Positions 19,735-29,511 are shown, numbered from the stretch's first letter. The stretch is DNA of 64,000 nt from Candidatus Bathyarchaeia archaeon (GCA_050012255.1 JBEKHN010000003.1:1-64000); one strand, 5' to 3'. The notes: generated from the sequence alone by a model not told the origin. Made by a program: numbers and translations.

Positions 19735-19895
19735 AGGGTGCAGGCTCCATATTGCCTATCACTAGGCCTGAATTGTTTTTTAGTAAAGGTCTAAAAGTCT
19801 TAGCGGGAATTAATATAACCTTAATGTCTGATTACCTAAAGGAGTACAATTTGTTCTAAACGTAACTAACATTTTCCTGCTTAAAGACTAAATGT

Positions 19896-19915
19896 TTCCA
19901 CCAGAAGCTTTGGGG
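19896..19915 (+). promoter_or_regulatory. Degenerate ORB
   Basis: TTCCACCAGAAGCTTTGGGG; a further mini-ORB TTCCACAGGAA lies at 20032-20042. Confidence 0.6.
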
Positions 19916-20079
19916 TGTGCCTGTATATTTTGAAGAGTATTAGCGCGCGCGCTATTTGCTGTTAAAGATGTGCTTCTTCTTTAGGATTATTGTGTTTGGT
20001 ATTTAGATTTCTGTACGGTAGGGTTTATGCTTTCCACAGGAAGAACGCTTGCTACCACTGGACCGTGCGAGTTGATGAA

Positions 20080-21330
20080 ATGAGTAACGCTGATATTCTT
20101 GATGAACTCTTCGAGAACTTCGCAAGCAACGCCACAGTCTTTAAGGATCGAGAGGTGCTGCGACACGATTATCTTCCAGACAGGCTGCCTCACCGTGAAG
20201 GGCAGATCAGGCAATTGGGAGAAATTGTTGCGCCCTTGCTTAAAGGTGCAAGAAGCTCGAACATTTTTATCTATGGAAACACAGGGACCGGGAAAACCGC
20301 TGTGGTCAAATATGTTCTGACTCGTCTTGAGTTTAAGGCTAAAGAATTTAACGCGCCTGTCAAGTTCTGCTACGTCAACTGCAGGCTAGCTGGATCCGAG
20401 TACAGGGTCTTTGCAAGTATGTGCCAGAGTTTAGGTGTCCAAGTGCCATTCACAGGATTATCCGTTGGTGAAGTCTATGATAGGTTCACTGCGGGTTTGG
20501 ACCTTTCGGGCATGATTTTTTTGGTGGTCTTGGATGAAGCCGACGCGTTGACAAAGATGCGCGGGGACACTCTTCTGTACGAGTTAACTAGAATGAACGA
20601 GGTTCTGAGGCATAGCAAAATAGCACTTGTTGGGATATCTAACGACCTGCGATTCAAAGAGTTCCTGGATCCGCGTGTCCTAAGCTCACTAAGCCAGGAG
20701 GAGATTGTTTTTAGGCCCTACGACGCAGGTGAGTTGAAAAACATACTCGCTGAACGCGCGCAGGCAGCCTTTACTGAGAAAGCATTGTCCGATGCCGCAC
20801 TTGGTCTATGTGCTGCTCTGGCTGCAGCAGAGCATGGGGATGCTCGCCGAGCTTTAGACCTTTTGCGTGTTGCCGGCGAGGTAGCTGAACGAAAAGGGTT
20901 AACCGTAGTGTCTGAAGAGCATGTTCGCGAGGCTGAGAAGCACATTGAGCACGACCGCGTTGTTGAAGCTTTGAGCAACCTGACATTGCATTCGAAGCTT
21001 GTGACATTGAGCATCTATCACTTGGGCAAGAGAGATGCTCGGGGTGCCATTACAGGTGAGATCTCTGAGGTCTACGATGAGCTCAGCGGGGAGTTGGGAG
21101 TTGCGGCGCTGACGCAGCGGCGTTTGAGCACGTTGATAAATGAGCTGGACGCGATGGGGCTGTTGAACGCGAGGGTCGTTAGTATGGGAAGGTACGGGCG
21201 GACGAAGAAGATACGGCTTGAGATCGCGCGTAGCCTTATTCGAGGCGTGTTTGCTGAGGATAGTAGGCTTGGCCGTCTGGTTGATTATGAAGTACGGTGC
21301 ATTTCGAAGCGGGGCGATGGCAGAAGCTAA
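20080..21330 (+). CDS. cdc6: Orc1/Cdc6 replication initiator
   Basis: DYLPDRLPHRE, GNTGTGKT Walker A, VVLDEAD Walker B, GDARRALDLLR, C-terminal wHTH with GRYGRT. Confidence 0.97.
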   Translation: MSNADILDELFENFASNATVFKDREVLRHDYLPDRLPHREGQIRQLGEIVAPLLKGARSSNIFIYGNTGTGKTAVVKYVLTRLEFKAKEFNAPVKFCYVNCRLAGSEYRVFASMCQSLGVQVPFTGLSVGEVYDRFTAGLDLSGMIFLVVLDEADALTKMRGDTLLYELTRMNEVLRHSKIALVGISNDLRFKEFLDPRVLSSLSQEEIVFRPYDAGELKNILAERAQAAFTEKALSDAALGLCAALAAAEHGDARRALDLLRVAGEVAERKGLTVVSEEHVREAEKHIEHDRVVEALSNLTLHSKLVTLSIYHLGKRDARGAITGEISEVYDELSGELGVAALTQRRLSTLINELDAMGLLNARVVSMGRYGRTKKIRLEIARSLIRGVFAEDSRLGRLVDYEVRCISKRGDGRS

Positions 21331-21382
21331 GGCTTGGACCTGCCTCCTGTGCCACGATGCTAGCGGTCAACTGCTTATGTTT

Positions 21383-22948
21383 CTAGTCGAACGGAATGAC
21401 GGTGACCTCTAGCGTTTGAAGGTTTACCACGGGAACCTTTGCAGGTGTCGGAACAAAGCCGTTCCTACGCATGTAGCCGGTCTGCCTTTGCCAACAGCCT
21501 GAGTTTACGATCAACACCCCACGATAGTTGCCGTATTCGAGCGCGTGCACGTGGCCAGCGTGAAAGATGTCTGGGACGCGGTCGATAACGAGAAAGTCTT
21601 TGCTCTCCGGCGACAGAGGTGTCTTGCCGCCGTACAGCGGTGCTAAGTGTCGCGTCTGGAGCAGCAGCTGCATGGCTTTTTCGGGGTGGCTGTGGCTCAT
21701 GCCTGGGACGGTGGAGATTACGTCGTCGAGGCTGCGGCCGTGGTACATAAGCACTTCTACACCGTGGAGGCTTAGGGTGCAGGGGCTGCCTAGGGATTGG
21801 ACCCTTCTTGATTCTTGAAGTGTTTCTAGGAAGGAGCTGGATATTGCTGGCTGCGGTAGGGCTTTTCGGGGGGCATCATGGTTTCCGGGCGTGATTATGA
21901 CCTCCACGTAGTCGGGGATTTGCTCAATGTACTTTGAGGCAAACCTGTACTGCTTGTTCACGTCTCTTATCACGAGTTCTTTTGCTTGGTTGGGGTAGAC
22001 GCCGATTCCGTCGACGATGTCCCCAGCGATTAGCACGTATTTGACGTGGCCTGCTATGTCCTTCATCCTGGCGTCGCCGTACTTGCCGTTGAGCCAGAGC
22101 GTGAAGCGGTTTAGCGCTTCTTTCGTGAACTGTGTGCTGCCCACGTGCATGTCTGATGTGAGCACTGCGTAGACTGGTGCCGTTGCTTTGTGTTGGAGTC
22201 TCTGGGCAACGTCTGGTAGGATTATGTCTTCGGCAACGAGCAGGTTGCTTCTGGTCTTGACGACGCTGAGGCAGACGACTTGGTCGAGCAGGAGCGTTCG
22301 CGCCTTCTTCTGGAGGTCTTGGGGAGCGTTCTGTGTTACGAGGACGATGGCGTGTGCCTTGAGGTCCTCAACGGTCAGCACCGTTTTCTGTTTGGACTCT
22401 CTCTTCTCTGTGACCATGGCTATTATCTTGAGTCGCGCGTTTGATGGGGCCTTCACAGCGTCCAAGACCGAGGCCGCGCTCTTGACGTCCATCCTTTGTC
22501 TCAGCAGCTTTTCTAGCTGCTTGAACCTGTCTTGAAAGTAGCCCAGGTAGTCTTCGATCGTCCCGGCTGAGTCTATTTTTGAGCCTGGGTCTTCGATCAC
22601 TTTCATGTCGGCTTCAACGTCTTTCGAGTATGGGTGGAAAGGCGTCTTGGCCTCAGTTATCTGCGGGGCTTGCACCTCCGGAGTTTGTTGGAGGCGTTCT
22701 TCTGATGGCTGGGCAACGTTTCCCTCTGCTCGTTCTGGCGTTTTGAGTAACTCTTCCAGGAAGCACCGTTCTATGAAGAAGGGTTTTTCTTCAAGGTTTT
22801 CGATCTGCTGGATTGCTTTGGCCATGATTTTCGCTGGGTCCTCGGTTGTGGCTACCATGCTCAGGAATTCGAAGGCTTCTATGTTCAGTTGATAACCGGC
22901 AGCAATAGTGAGTTCCACGGCCTTCTGAAGCTTCTCAGCCTCACTCAT
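21383..22948 (-). CDS. polB: DNA polymerase D small subunit DP1 (exonuclease)
   Basis: SDMHVGS, AGDIVDG, PGNHD, YHGRS, GHVH phosphoesterase motifs. Confidence 0.96.
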   Translation of the reverse strand: MSEAEKLQKAVELTIAAGYQLNIEAFEFLSMVATTEDPAKIMAKAIQQIENLEEKPFFIERCFLEELLKTPERAEGNVAQPSEERLQQTPEVQAPQITEAKTPFHPYSKDVEADMKVIEDPGSKIDSAGTIEDYLGYFQDRFKQLEKLLRQRMDVKSAASVLDAVKAPSNARLKIIAMVTEKRESKQKTVLTVEDLKAHAIVLVTQNAPQDLQKKARTLLLDQVVCLSVVKTRSNLLVAEDIILPDVAQRLQHKATAPVYAVLTSDMHVGSTQFTKEALNRFTLWLNGKYGDARMKDIAGHVKYVLIAGDIVDGIGVYPNQAKELVIRDVNKQYRFASKYIEQIPDYVEVIITPGNHDAPRKALPQPAISSSFLETLQESRRVQSLGSPCTLSLHGVEVLMYHGRSLDDVISTVPGMSHSHPEKAMQLLLQTRHLAPLYGGKTPLSPESKDFLVIDRVPDIFHAGHVHALEYGNYRGVLIVNSGCWQRQTGYMRRNGFVPTPAKVPVVNLQTLEVTVIPFD

Positions 22949-23110
22949 GCCTTGCAGGCTCTCCCTTCTTGCTCTTTTCAGTTGTCAGTGTGATGCACCG
23001 GAGTTGGACGGGTTTTCTGTTTCTTGTATCTGTTTTCTGCTATTAACGCGTTTGGTCTTGAACAGCATTGTCCTGCTTGTGCTCTCGCTTCATACTGCGA
23101 TGGATACGCT

Positions 23111-23321
23111 ACATCCCTGTATTCGCGTTTTGGCCCCGTCTATTTTACCCCCCCTCCCCCCTAGGGTGTTAGTACTGCACGTGGTCGTTGGGCAAGGCCC
23201 TACTGGATTTGTATGGGCTTTAGGCCGAGCGCGTGCCGAGGGCTGGGTAGAGAGTCTGGGCAAGGGTCGTAACTTTCAATGTGCTTCACCATCACGCCGT
23301 CTTCCAGCTTCATCTGCCCTG
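23111..23321 (+). repeat. G-string dispersed repeat (~210 bp)
   Basis: Aligns with 62665-62876; shared core CCCCCTCCCCC(C)TAGGGTGTTAGTACTGCACGTGG. Confidence 0.85.
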
Positions 23322-23480
23322 GCTCAGAGCTTGCCCACAAGCCTGCCCCTCGCCCCTCTGGGCAGCAACGCGAGAATTTCCCAGAATCGATAGGTTGCCG
23401 TTTGGTTTGACGGGGGCGGGTGTCATCATGGAGGGTTCTTTCAGATGTTTTAATATTCTCGTTTCGAGTATCGTGTCGTA

Positions 23481-24479
23481 ATGGGGTCGGAACAGATGAG
23501 TGATTTGCGCAGGGTTCAGCGCACGCCCGGGGGCACTTTCTTCGTTTGTTTGCCGAAGGCTTGGGCGGAGCGAAATGGTTTGCAGCGTGGAGCGATGGTT
23601 GGCATCAGTGAGGGTGCCGACGGCAAGCTCATCGTCGACACGAGATACGGTGCGGAGCCCTCACCCAGGACTGCAGTCTTGGAGCCTGGGCCCCACCTGG
23701 GCCGTGAAATCATAGGTAAATACCTGCTTGGCTTTGACGTTATGCGGGTTGAGGGGAGGGAACGCTTGGGCTTTGAGGTTCGGGAGGCTGTGAAAAGCAC
23801 TGTTAGCCACTTGGTTGGGTTGGAGATTGTTGAGGAAGATCATTCTGGGATTGTTCTGCAGTGTTTGTTGGAGCCCTCTGGTTTCCCTCCTGAAAAGATT
23901 CTGCGACGGGGGTACGCGATAGCCGCGGGGATGCACCGCGACGTGGTCAACGCCTTTGTTGAGGGAGACGTGCAATTGGCGAAGAGTGTTATGGCCCGCG
24001 ACGATGAGGGTAACAGGCTGTACTTCCTTCTTGTCCGCATTTTGCGCACGATTATTCAGAACCCGCGTCTGAGTGAGAAGCTGGGTGTGGGCCCCATTGA
24101 GTGCCTCGATTACCGCTTGGCCGCCAGCTTGGTTGAAGCCATCGGGGATGAATGCGTCCGAGCGGCGCAGAAGACCGTTGAATTAGACGGTTTAAAACTC
24201 AGTAGGAACCTCGGAAAATTGTTCATGGGCCTTCAGACGGTTTGCTTCGAGGCTCATGAAGAGGCCTTGAACGCCTTTCTCTCTGGCGACATGAACTTGG
24301 CCGAAAGGGTGCGGAGCATGCGGGACGAGGTTGAGAAGGAGTTCGCAAACATTGAAGAGATGGCTCAGTCACAGTCGCTTGACGTTGTGCCTCAGATCCT
24401 CGCGGTGGCCTCGTTTTTGAGGCAGATATACGAACACAGTGTCGACATATCTGACTTGGTGGTTCCCAAAAAACCTTGA
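23481..24479 (+). CDS. AbrB-PhoU phosphate uptake regulator family protein
   Basis: RRVQRTPGGTFFVCLPKAWA AbrB domain plus PhoU-like helical repeats. Confidence 0.85.
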   Translation: MGSEQMSDLRRVQRTPGGTFFVCLPKAWAERNGLQRGAMVGISEGADGKLIVDTRYGAEPSPRTAVLEPGPHLGREIIGKYLLGFDVMRVEGRERLGFEVREAVKSTVSHLVGLEIVEEDHSGIVLQCLLEPSGFPPEKILRRGYAIAAGMHRDVVNAFVEGDVQLAKSVMARDDEGNRLYFLLVRILRTIIQNPRLSEKLGVGPIECLDYRLAASLVEAIGDECVRAAQKTVELDGLKLSRNLGKLFMGLQTVCFEAHEEALNAFLSGDMNLAERVRSMRDEVEKEFANIEEMAQSQSLDVVPQILAVASFLRQIYEHSVDISDLVVPKKP

Positions 24480-24494
24480 TGGTCGTTGCTCCCT

Positions 24495-25718
24495 TCAAGG
24501 AGGAAGCGAATCTACTCTCCGCGGTGCCTTGGCCAGAGAAACGTGTTCACCCTGCCTCAACTGCTCGGTGTACTGCACTTCGCCCCTTATGTTACAGTAA
24601 GATTCCATCGTGACGTTCTCACCGTAAACGTTCTCTGCGCTCGTCCCAGATCTCAGCAGAACGTGTTTTCCGTAGAGGTCTTCCACTTCAGCACCTTTAC
24701 CGACCACGATTTCATCTGCCCTTATGGGCCCATGAACCTTGCCTCTGCTTCCTATCTCAACAGAACGTGCTGTAACACCTTCACCAGTGTTTAATGAACC
24801 TCCGACTTCCACATGTTCCATGGCTACAGCCCTTCGTGCACGCAAGGCCCCACCCACTTCGATGCTTCTCGTGCTGACCTCTCCGCTGACGTCCACTCTG
24901 CCTCCGACCTCTAATGATCCGGAAAGCTTGAGAGACCCATCGACGTCCACTGTGCCCCCGACCTCCATTCCTGCGCCCTGGGCCAGGCCCCTAATCTCTA
25001 TTGTGCCCCCTACCTCAACCTTATCGAACTCCAGATCACCTTCAACTTTCAGCGTTCCCCCGACCTCAATGTCCCTGCCCTTGTTCTTGCCGGCGAGATG
25101 CACTGTGCCGCCCACGTCTATGTCTTCGAATTCTAAGGAGGCCGTTGACTTGAAGGTACCGCCAACGTCTATCTGAAGAATTCTTCCACCTGCAACGGTT
25201 GCCGCGCCTCCAACATCTAGGCTCTCTATGTCGACCTTAGATTCGATTACGAGGCTTCCTCCGACTTCCACGCTGCGTGCGGTGACCTCGCCCTTTGCTA
25301 CGGAAGTCCCACCGACTTCTATGGCCTTAGCTTTGGTGTTTCCCCCAACTTCTAGGCTTCCTCCCACATCTACCTCTTCTACCATGAAATCCTTGCTTAC
25401 GTATACCGCGTGGTCCACATCAACATCCTTTGCGGTCATCTTCCCGTAGACTGCGAGGCGGCCATTCTCAACTTCAACGTCCTTGTCTATCTCCAAGTCG
25501 CCCTGAACCGTCACGGAATCCTCAGCTTCAAGCTCTTGGGCGGACAAAGTGCAATCAAAGGTGTTGTGGCCCTCACAAGTGACTGCTCCATAGACCTTGA
25601 CTCTTGGCGGGCTTCCCGCACCCTTGACGGTCACGTGCTCGCCAATTTCTAGGTCGCCGTTTACAATATCCAGTGTCACCGTCGTACCTGATGGGATAGA
25701 CACTCTGCTACTGTTCAT
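24495..25718 (-). CDS. Beta-helical repeat protein (bactofilin/polymer-forming cytoskeletal-like)
   Basis: About 15 repeats of (I/V)(E/D)VGG spaced roughly 16-18 aa apart. Confidence 0.7.
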   Translation of the reverse strand: MNSSRVSIPSGTTVTLDIVNGDLEIGEHVTVKGAGSPPRVKVYGAVTCEGHNTFDCTLSAQELEAEDSVTVQGDLEIDKDVEVENGRLAVYGKMTAKDVDVDHAVYVSKDFMVEEVDVGGSLEVGGNTKAKAIEVGGTSVAKGEVTARSVEVGGSLVIESKVDIESLDVGGAATVAGGRILQIDVGGTFKSTASLEFEDIDVGGTVHLAGKNKGRDIEVGGTLKVEGDLEFDKVEVGGTIEIRGLAQGAGMEVGGTVDVDGSLKLSGSLEVGGRVDVSGEVSTRSIEVGGALRARRAVAMEHVEVGGSLNTGEGVTARSVEIGSRGKVHGPIRADEIVVGKGAEVEDLYGKHVLLRSGTSAENVYGENVTMESYCNIRGEVQYTEQLRQGEHVSLAKAPRRVDSLPP

Positions 25719-25790
25719 TTTCTGCGCCTACTTGTTTACATTCCAACCTCGGTTTAAAAGGGGTACTCACATGTAGTGACTGAGACTTGT

Positions 25791-26015
25791 TCATTGAAGT
25801 ACCTGTGTCCTTCTGAGAAGGGAGACTTCCACTGCTCTTGCGATGTGGACAGCTGTACCAGAATAGCCTCGTTCTTCAATTGTGTCACCTGCTGATACTA
25901 TTGAGATTGGTCTTGGTTTTCTCGATGTACCGGTGCTCTTCAAGATACTGAGCTTATGGAGCTTGCCTAGTTCCTTCTTCTTCCAATCCAACTCACTCTT
26001 TGTTTGAACTTTCAT
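25791..26015 (-). CDS. Small hypothetical protein
   Basis: GAGGTG ribosome-binding site before ATG; co-oriented with neighbours. Confidence 0.45.
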   Translation of the reverse strand: MKVQTKSELDWKKKELGKLHKLSILKSTGTSRKPRPISIVSAGDTIEERGYSGTAVHIARAVEVSLLRRTQVLQ

Positions 26016-26120
26016 TTTTACCACCTCGTTATTCAGATGAGAAGGAGTGAGTCGTTGGACACCTTAAAAGGCGACGCACATCAAGAGAACACGCATTGTA
26101 GTCACAAGTTGTAGGGTTTC

Positions 26121-26396
26121 CTACTCTTCCAGCGCAGCGAAGAATTTGCGCATGCGCTTGAACGTCTCCAAGTATTCCAGCCCCCACTTCGTCGCTCGGT
26201 ACTTCTTCGAATCTTCCAGGTTCACTTCACTGATGAAACCGTGAGCGACCAGAAAGTTGAGCTCCTTCTTAGCGCGATCAACTGGCATGTTGGCTCCGTA
26301 AGAGACCCTCGTCAGCGAACACAACCCCTTCCGAGCAACCATCTCTATGATGTCTGCGTAGATGTCGTATTTTGTCCTTCTACGTTCGTCAGACAA
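26121..26396 (-). CDS. Winged-helix transcriptional regulator (HTH_45-like)
   Basis: RRTKYDIYADII...TRVSYGANM...YRATKWG. Confidence 0.85.
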   Translation of the reverse strand: MSDERRRTKYDIYADIIEMVARKGLCSLTRVSYGANMPVDRAKKELNFLVAHGFISEVNLEDSKKYRATKWGLEYLETFKRMRKFFAALEE

Positions 26397-26462
26397 GCGG
26401 CAGTTTCTCCGAACCCACTTTATTAAGTCTCAAACGCTTAATCTTAGTTTTGGTGAGAGAGC

Positions 26463-27281
26463 GTGGACCCAAAAGCTTCCGACACCGAACAATATCATCT
26501 AGCCTGCAAGAAGGGCGACTTAGCTGAGTACCTACTCGTACCCGGCGATCCTGACCGTGTTCCAAAGATTGCCAAGTTTTGGGATTCAGCAAGAGAAATC
26601 GCGACCCACCGTGAGTTCCGGAGTTTTACAGGCAAATACAAGGGAGTTCAAGTTTCAGCGTTGTCAAGCGGCATAGGCCCAGCCTCCATGGCCATCGCGG
26701 TCAACGAGGCTTCCAACGTCGGCGTAAAAACCTTCATCCGAGTCGGAAGCACTGGGGCCATACAAAAGGACATCAACTGCGGCGATGTAATAATCTCCTC
26801 CTCCGCTGTACGCCTCGACTGCACGAGCAACTGTTACATCATCCCTGAGTATCCTGCAGTGGCAAGCTATGAAGCCTTACTGGCCCTAATTGAAGCTGCC
26901 GAAACACTAGGCATAGCCAACTACCACGTTGGCATAACAGCCACAACCGCTGATTTTTACGCTGGACAAAACCGCAAAACACCCGTAGCATTCTCTCCAG
27001 GCACAGAAAACATGCTTCACACGCTTCAGAAGGCCAGAGTGCTAAACTTTGAGATGGAAACGGCAATCCTGTATGTTTTGGCAAGCCTTTTCGGGTTGAG
27101 GGCAGCCTCCGTGTGCGCAGTCTACAGCAATCGCGTTACGGGTGAGTTTATGAGTGGAGCAGGAGAGGAGAACGCCATCAAAATCGCAAACGAAACCGTC
27201 AAAATTCTAAGCGAGTGGGACGCGCTCAAGAGAAGAGAGAAGAAGCGGTGGCTGTTTCCTTCGCTCATGCGCTTAAAATGA
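26463..27281 (+). CDS. udp: Uridine phosphorylase
   Basis: VPGDPDRV, HREF, GIGPAS, IRVGSTG, FEME. Confidence 0.9.
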   Translation: MDPKASDTEQYHLACKKGDLAEYLLVPGDPDRVPKIAKFWDSAREIATHREFRSFTGKYKGVQVSALSSGIGPASMAIAVNEASNVGVKTFIRVGSTGAIQKDINCGDVIISSSAVRLDCTSNCYIIPEYPAVASYEALLALIEAAETLGIANYHVGITATTADFYAGQNRKTPVAFSPGTENMLHTLQKARVLNFEMETAILYVLASLFGLRAASVCAVYSNRVTGEFMSGAGEENAIKIANETVKILSEWDALKRREKKRWLFPSLMRLK

Positions 27282-27368
27282 CAGGAGAGCAATGAACAGA
27301 ACAGGCTTCTTGCCTCCTTCGTTCATTGGATAAAAGCTAAAAGGCGCAGTTCAGAAGTTCTAAACAGT

Positions 27369-27499
27369 GCCGGGGTGGCGGAGCGGTTATCGCGCTGGCC
27401 TCGAGATCATTCGCGAAGAAAAAGGGCCCAGATGGATGATGACAAGTGAGCCAGTGGGCCTTTGGGCTCGCAGGGGTTCGAGTCCCTTCCCCGGCGCCA
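27369..27499 (+). tRNA. tRNA-Ser(CGA) with 43-nt intron at 37/38 (27406-27448), CCA encoded
   Basis: Acceptor GCCGGGG/CCCCGGC, anticodon stem CTGGC/GCCAG, long variable arm, GGTTCGAGTCC T-arm, BHB motif with AGA/TGA bulges. Confidence 0.93.
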
Positions 27500-27543
27500 T
27501 TTTCTCATTAGGAACCTGTCTTAGGCTAGTTCTGAGCGCGCGC

Positions 27544-29511
27544 TTAACTAGTTTTGATCTTAGCTTTGATTGAGTTAAACCGAGGGCCTGCACCTAGAAT
27601 CTGTGGATTACTTGATGCCAAGCTGTTTAATGGAGCACCGTTTTTCCCAGTCAAAGGTCTCGGCGACCACAGGACTCCCTTGGAGACGTTTTCGGTTGTG
27701 ATTGCTTCGACAGTCAGTTCTCCTAACTCGTTGAAAATGGTGACGTCATCTCCGTTCTCTATCCCAAGTCTGTCTGCATCAGCAGGATTGATCCACACGA
27801 TCTCTGGGATGGGACCGTAAACGTCTCTGAACTGGCTGTGGGTCCAATTAGGGAGAGAGCTGTTCAGTAGGGTAAACCAGCTTTCATTCTCGTTGAGTGG
27901 CAGCTGCGCTGGCAGGGGACTCACACCTATTTTAAAAGCTCTTGAAGAGTATAGTTCGATCTTCCCTGAGGGCGTCTGATACTCATTCGTAGGCCGCTGT
28001 CGGAGTTTCATCGCCTCCCCTTTGAGTAGGTCTTCGAAGCGTCCGTTTTCAAACGACTCTGCCGTAGCCTTTTGAAGGGCTTGCCATGGGTCCTCAAACA
28101 CCCAAGACTCACGGCAACTCAACCTCTCAGCAAGCTGTTGCATGACCCAGATTTCGTGCTTACACTCTCCAAGCGGCTCAATCGCTTTTGTGGATAATCG
28201 AGTGTACGGGTGATGGTCAGAGAAATTCAGGTCAGACTTCTCCAGATACGTGGCCGCCGGTAGAACAACATCCGCGAGTTTCGCGGTCTCGGTCCAATGC
28301 GTTTCATGAACAACCACAAACACGTCTTCTCTTGAAAGACCAGCTCGTACCGCGTTCTGGTTTGGAAGCGTTGAAGCGGGGTTGGAACCCTTGATGAAAG
28401 CGAACTTGAACTCACAAGAGCTTAATCTCGAGCCCACCGAAACCTGCTCAACGACTTTCGACTTTTTGCTGCTCATTTTGCTGCCGTTCATATAACCCCA
28501 ATCAATGAATCGGCCTCTAGAGTCACTGTAATGGAACCCACGATGCTGTCCTAGTAAGGCCGGTAGTAAACTCACAGCCCTAACGGCCTCTGCGCCATGA
28601 CTCGACTTGTTTAACCCCAAACCTATCATGAAGCACACAGGAGGTTTCTCCACGAGTAGCTCACATAGCTCCTCAACTTTTTTCCACGCGAGGTCTGTTG
28701 CACTTTCCACGCGAGCATGTGTCCAGCTCTCTGCCTCTTCCCTGAATTTGCCGTATCCAGAAGTCCATTCTTCAATGAATTTCTCAGCCAGTTTATCGTG
28801 TTCAATGAGCCATCGCGCTATTCCGTAAGACAATGCTACGTCGCTGCCTGGGCGAGGGCTAACCCAGAGGTCGCAGCATTCTGAGGTCTCGCTCTTTCTA
28901 GGGTCAATAGATATCAACGTTGCACCTTTTTCCTTCCGTGCTCTCAGCGAAAGGGCCCAAAGGTGAGGAGAACTGACTCTTGCGTTGTTTCCCCAAAATA
29001 GGATGGCTCCGAAATTAAGAACTTTTTCAAATCCGAGACCGTATGTGAGCCCGTAGTGGAGTCCGATTCCAGTGTGCCCAGATGTGCTGCAGAGAGCGCC
29101 GTCCGTAACCGTCACGCCTAACGCGCGCCATAGTCTTTGGGAGAACTGCCAGCTAAGACATCCTTGGTTACCCGCATAATCATAAAGCAAAACCGATTCA
29201 TTGCCGTAATTCTCCAGGGCACTAGTCAATTTTTTGGCAACCAGTTCCAGAGCGTCTGACCAAGAAACTCTCTCAAACTTGTTTCCATTGTTGACGTGAG
29301 GATAAAGAATGCGGTCTTTGCTATATACCCGCTTGGGGTCTCCCAATCCTCGGGGACACAGAAATCCCTGAGTTATCGGGTTTTCTTTGCTGCCCCTCGT
29401 GGATACGATCCTGTCACCTTCAACGATGACGTCAACAAAGCACGTGTCTGGACAATCCCGGTGACACACAGTCTTTACAACATTGGTTGTTTTCTTGGGC
29501 TTGACTGACAA
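27544..29511 (-). CDS. Molybdopterin/tungsten bis-PGD oxidoreductase (stand-alone catalytic subunit)
   Basis: CHRDCPDTC...LCPRG Fe-S motif, ADVVLPAATYLEK, TPSGKIE, INPADA. Confidence 0.9.
   Translation of the reverse strand: MSVKPKKTTNVVKTVCHRDCPDTCFVDVIVEGDRIVSTRGSKENPITQGFLCPRGLGDPKRVYSKDRILYPHVNNGNKFERVSWSDALELVAKKLTSALENYGNESVLLYDYAGNQGCLSWQFSQRLWRALGVTVTDGALCSTSGHTGIGLHYGLTYGLGFEKVLNFGAILFWGNNARVSSPHLWALSLRARKEKGATLISIDPRKSETSECCDLWVSPRPGSDVALSYGIARWLIEHDKLAEKFIEEWTSGYGKFREEAESWTHARVESATDLAWKKVEELCELLVEKPPVCFMIGLGLNKSSHGAEAVRAVSLLPALLGQHRGFHYSDSRGRFIDWGYMNGSKMSSKKSKVVEQVSVGSRLSSCEFKFAFIKGSNPASTLPNQNAVRAGLSREDVFVVVHETHWTETAKLADVVLPAATYLEKSDLNFSDHHPYTRLSTKAIEPLGECKHEIWVMQQLAERLSCRESWVFEDPWQALQKATAESFENGRFEDLLKGEAMKLRQRPTNEYQTPSGKIELYSSRAFKIGVSPLPAQLPLNENESWFTLLNSSLPNWTHSQFRDVYGPIPEIVWINPADADRLGIENGDDVTIFNELGELTVEAITTENVSKGVLWSPRPLTGKNGAPLNSLASSNPQILGAGPRFNSIKAKIKTS

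Larger units (their letters stand above)
19400..20050. other. Chromosomal replication origin (oriC)
   Basis: Long intergenic region upstream of cdc6 with several ORB boxes and AT-rich tracts (19540-19560, 19670-19700, 19770-19895). Confidence 0.88.

Noticed and set aside
9711-22948. Inteins in DP2, Cdc6 or DP1
   Set aside because: Lengths are normal and no intein terminal motifs interrupt conserved sites
22947-23481. ORFs 22947-23393 and 23281-23481 (and 62662-62880, 62739-62960)
   Set aside because: They overlie the G-string repeat; frames are not conserved between copies
27544-29511. Selenocysteine or formate dehydrogenase assignment for the Mo enzyme
   Set aside because: No in-frame TGA, and the putative ligand region (ALCSTSG) lacks the FDH C/U-H motif; substrate unknown
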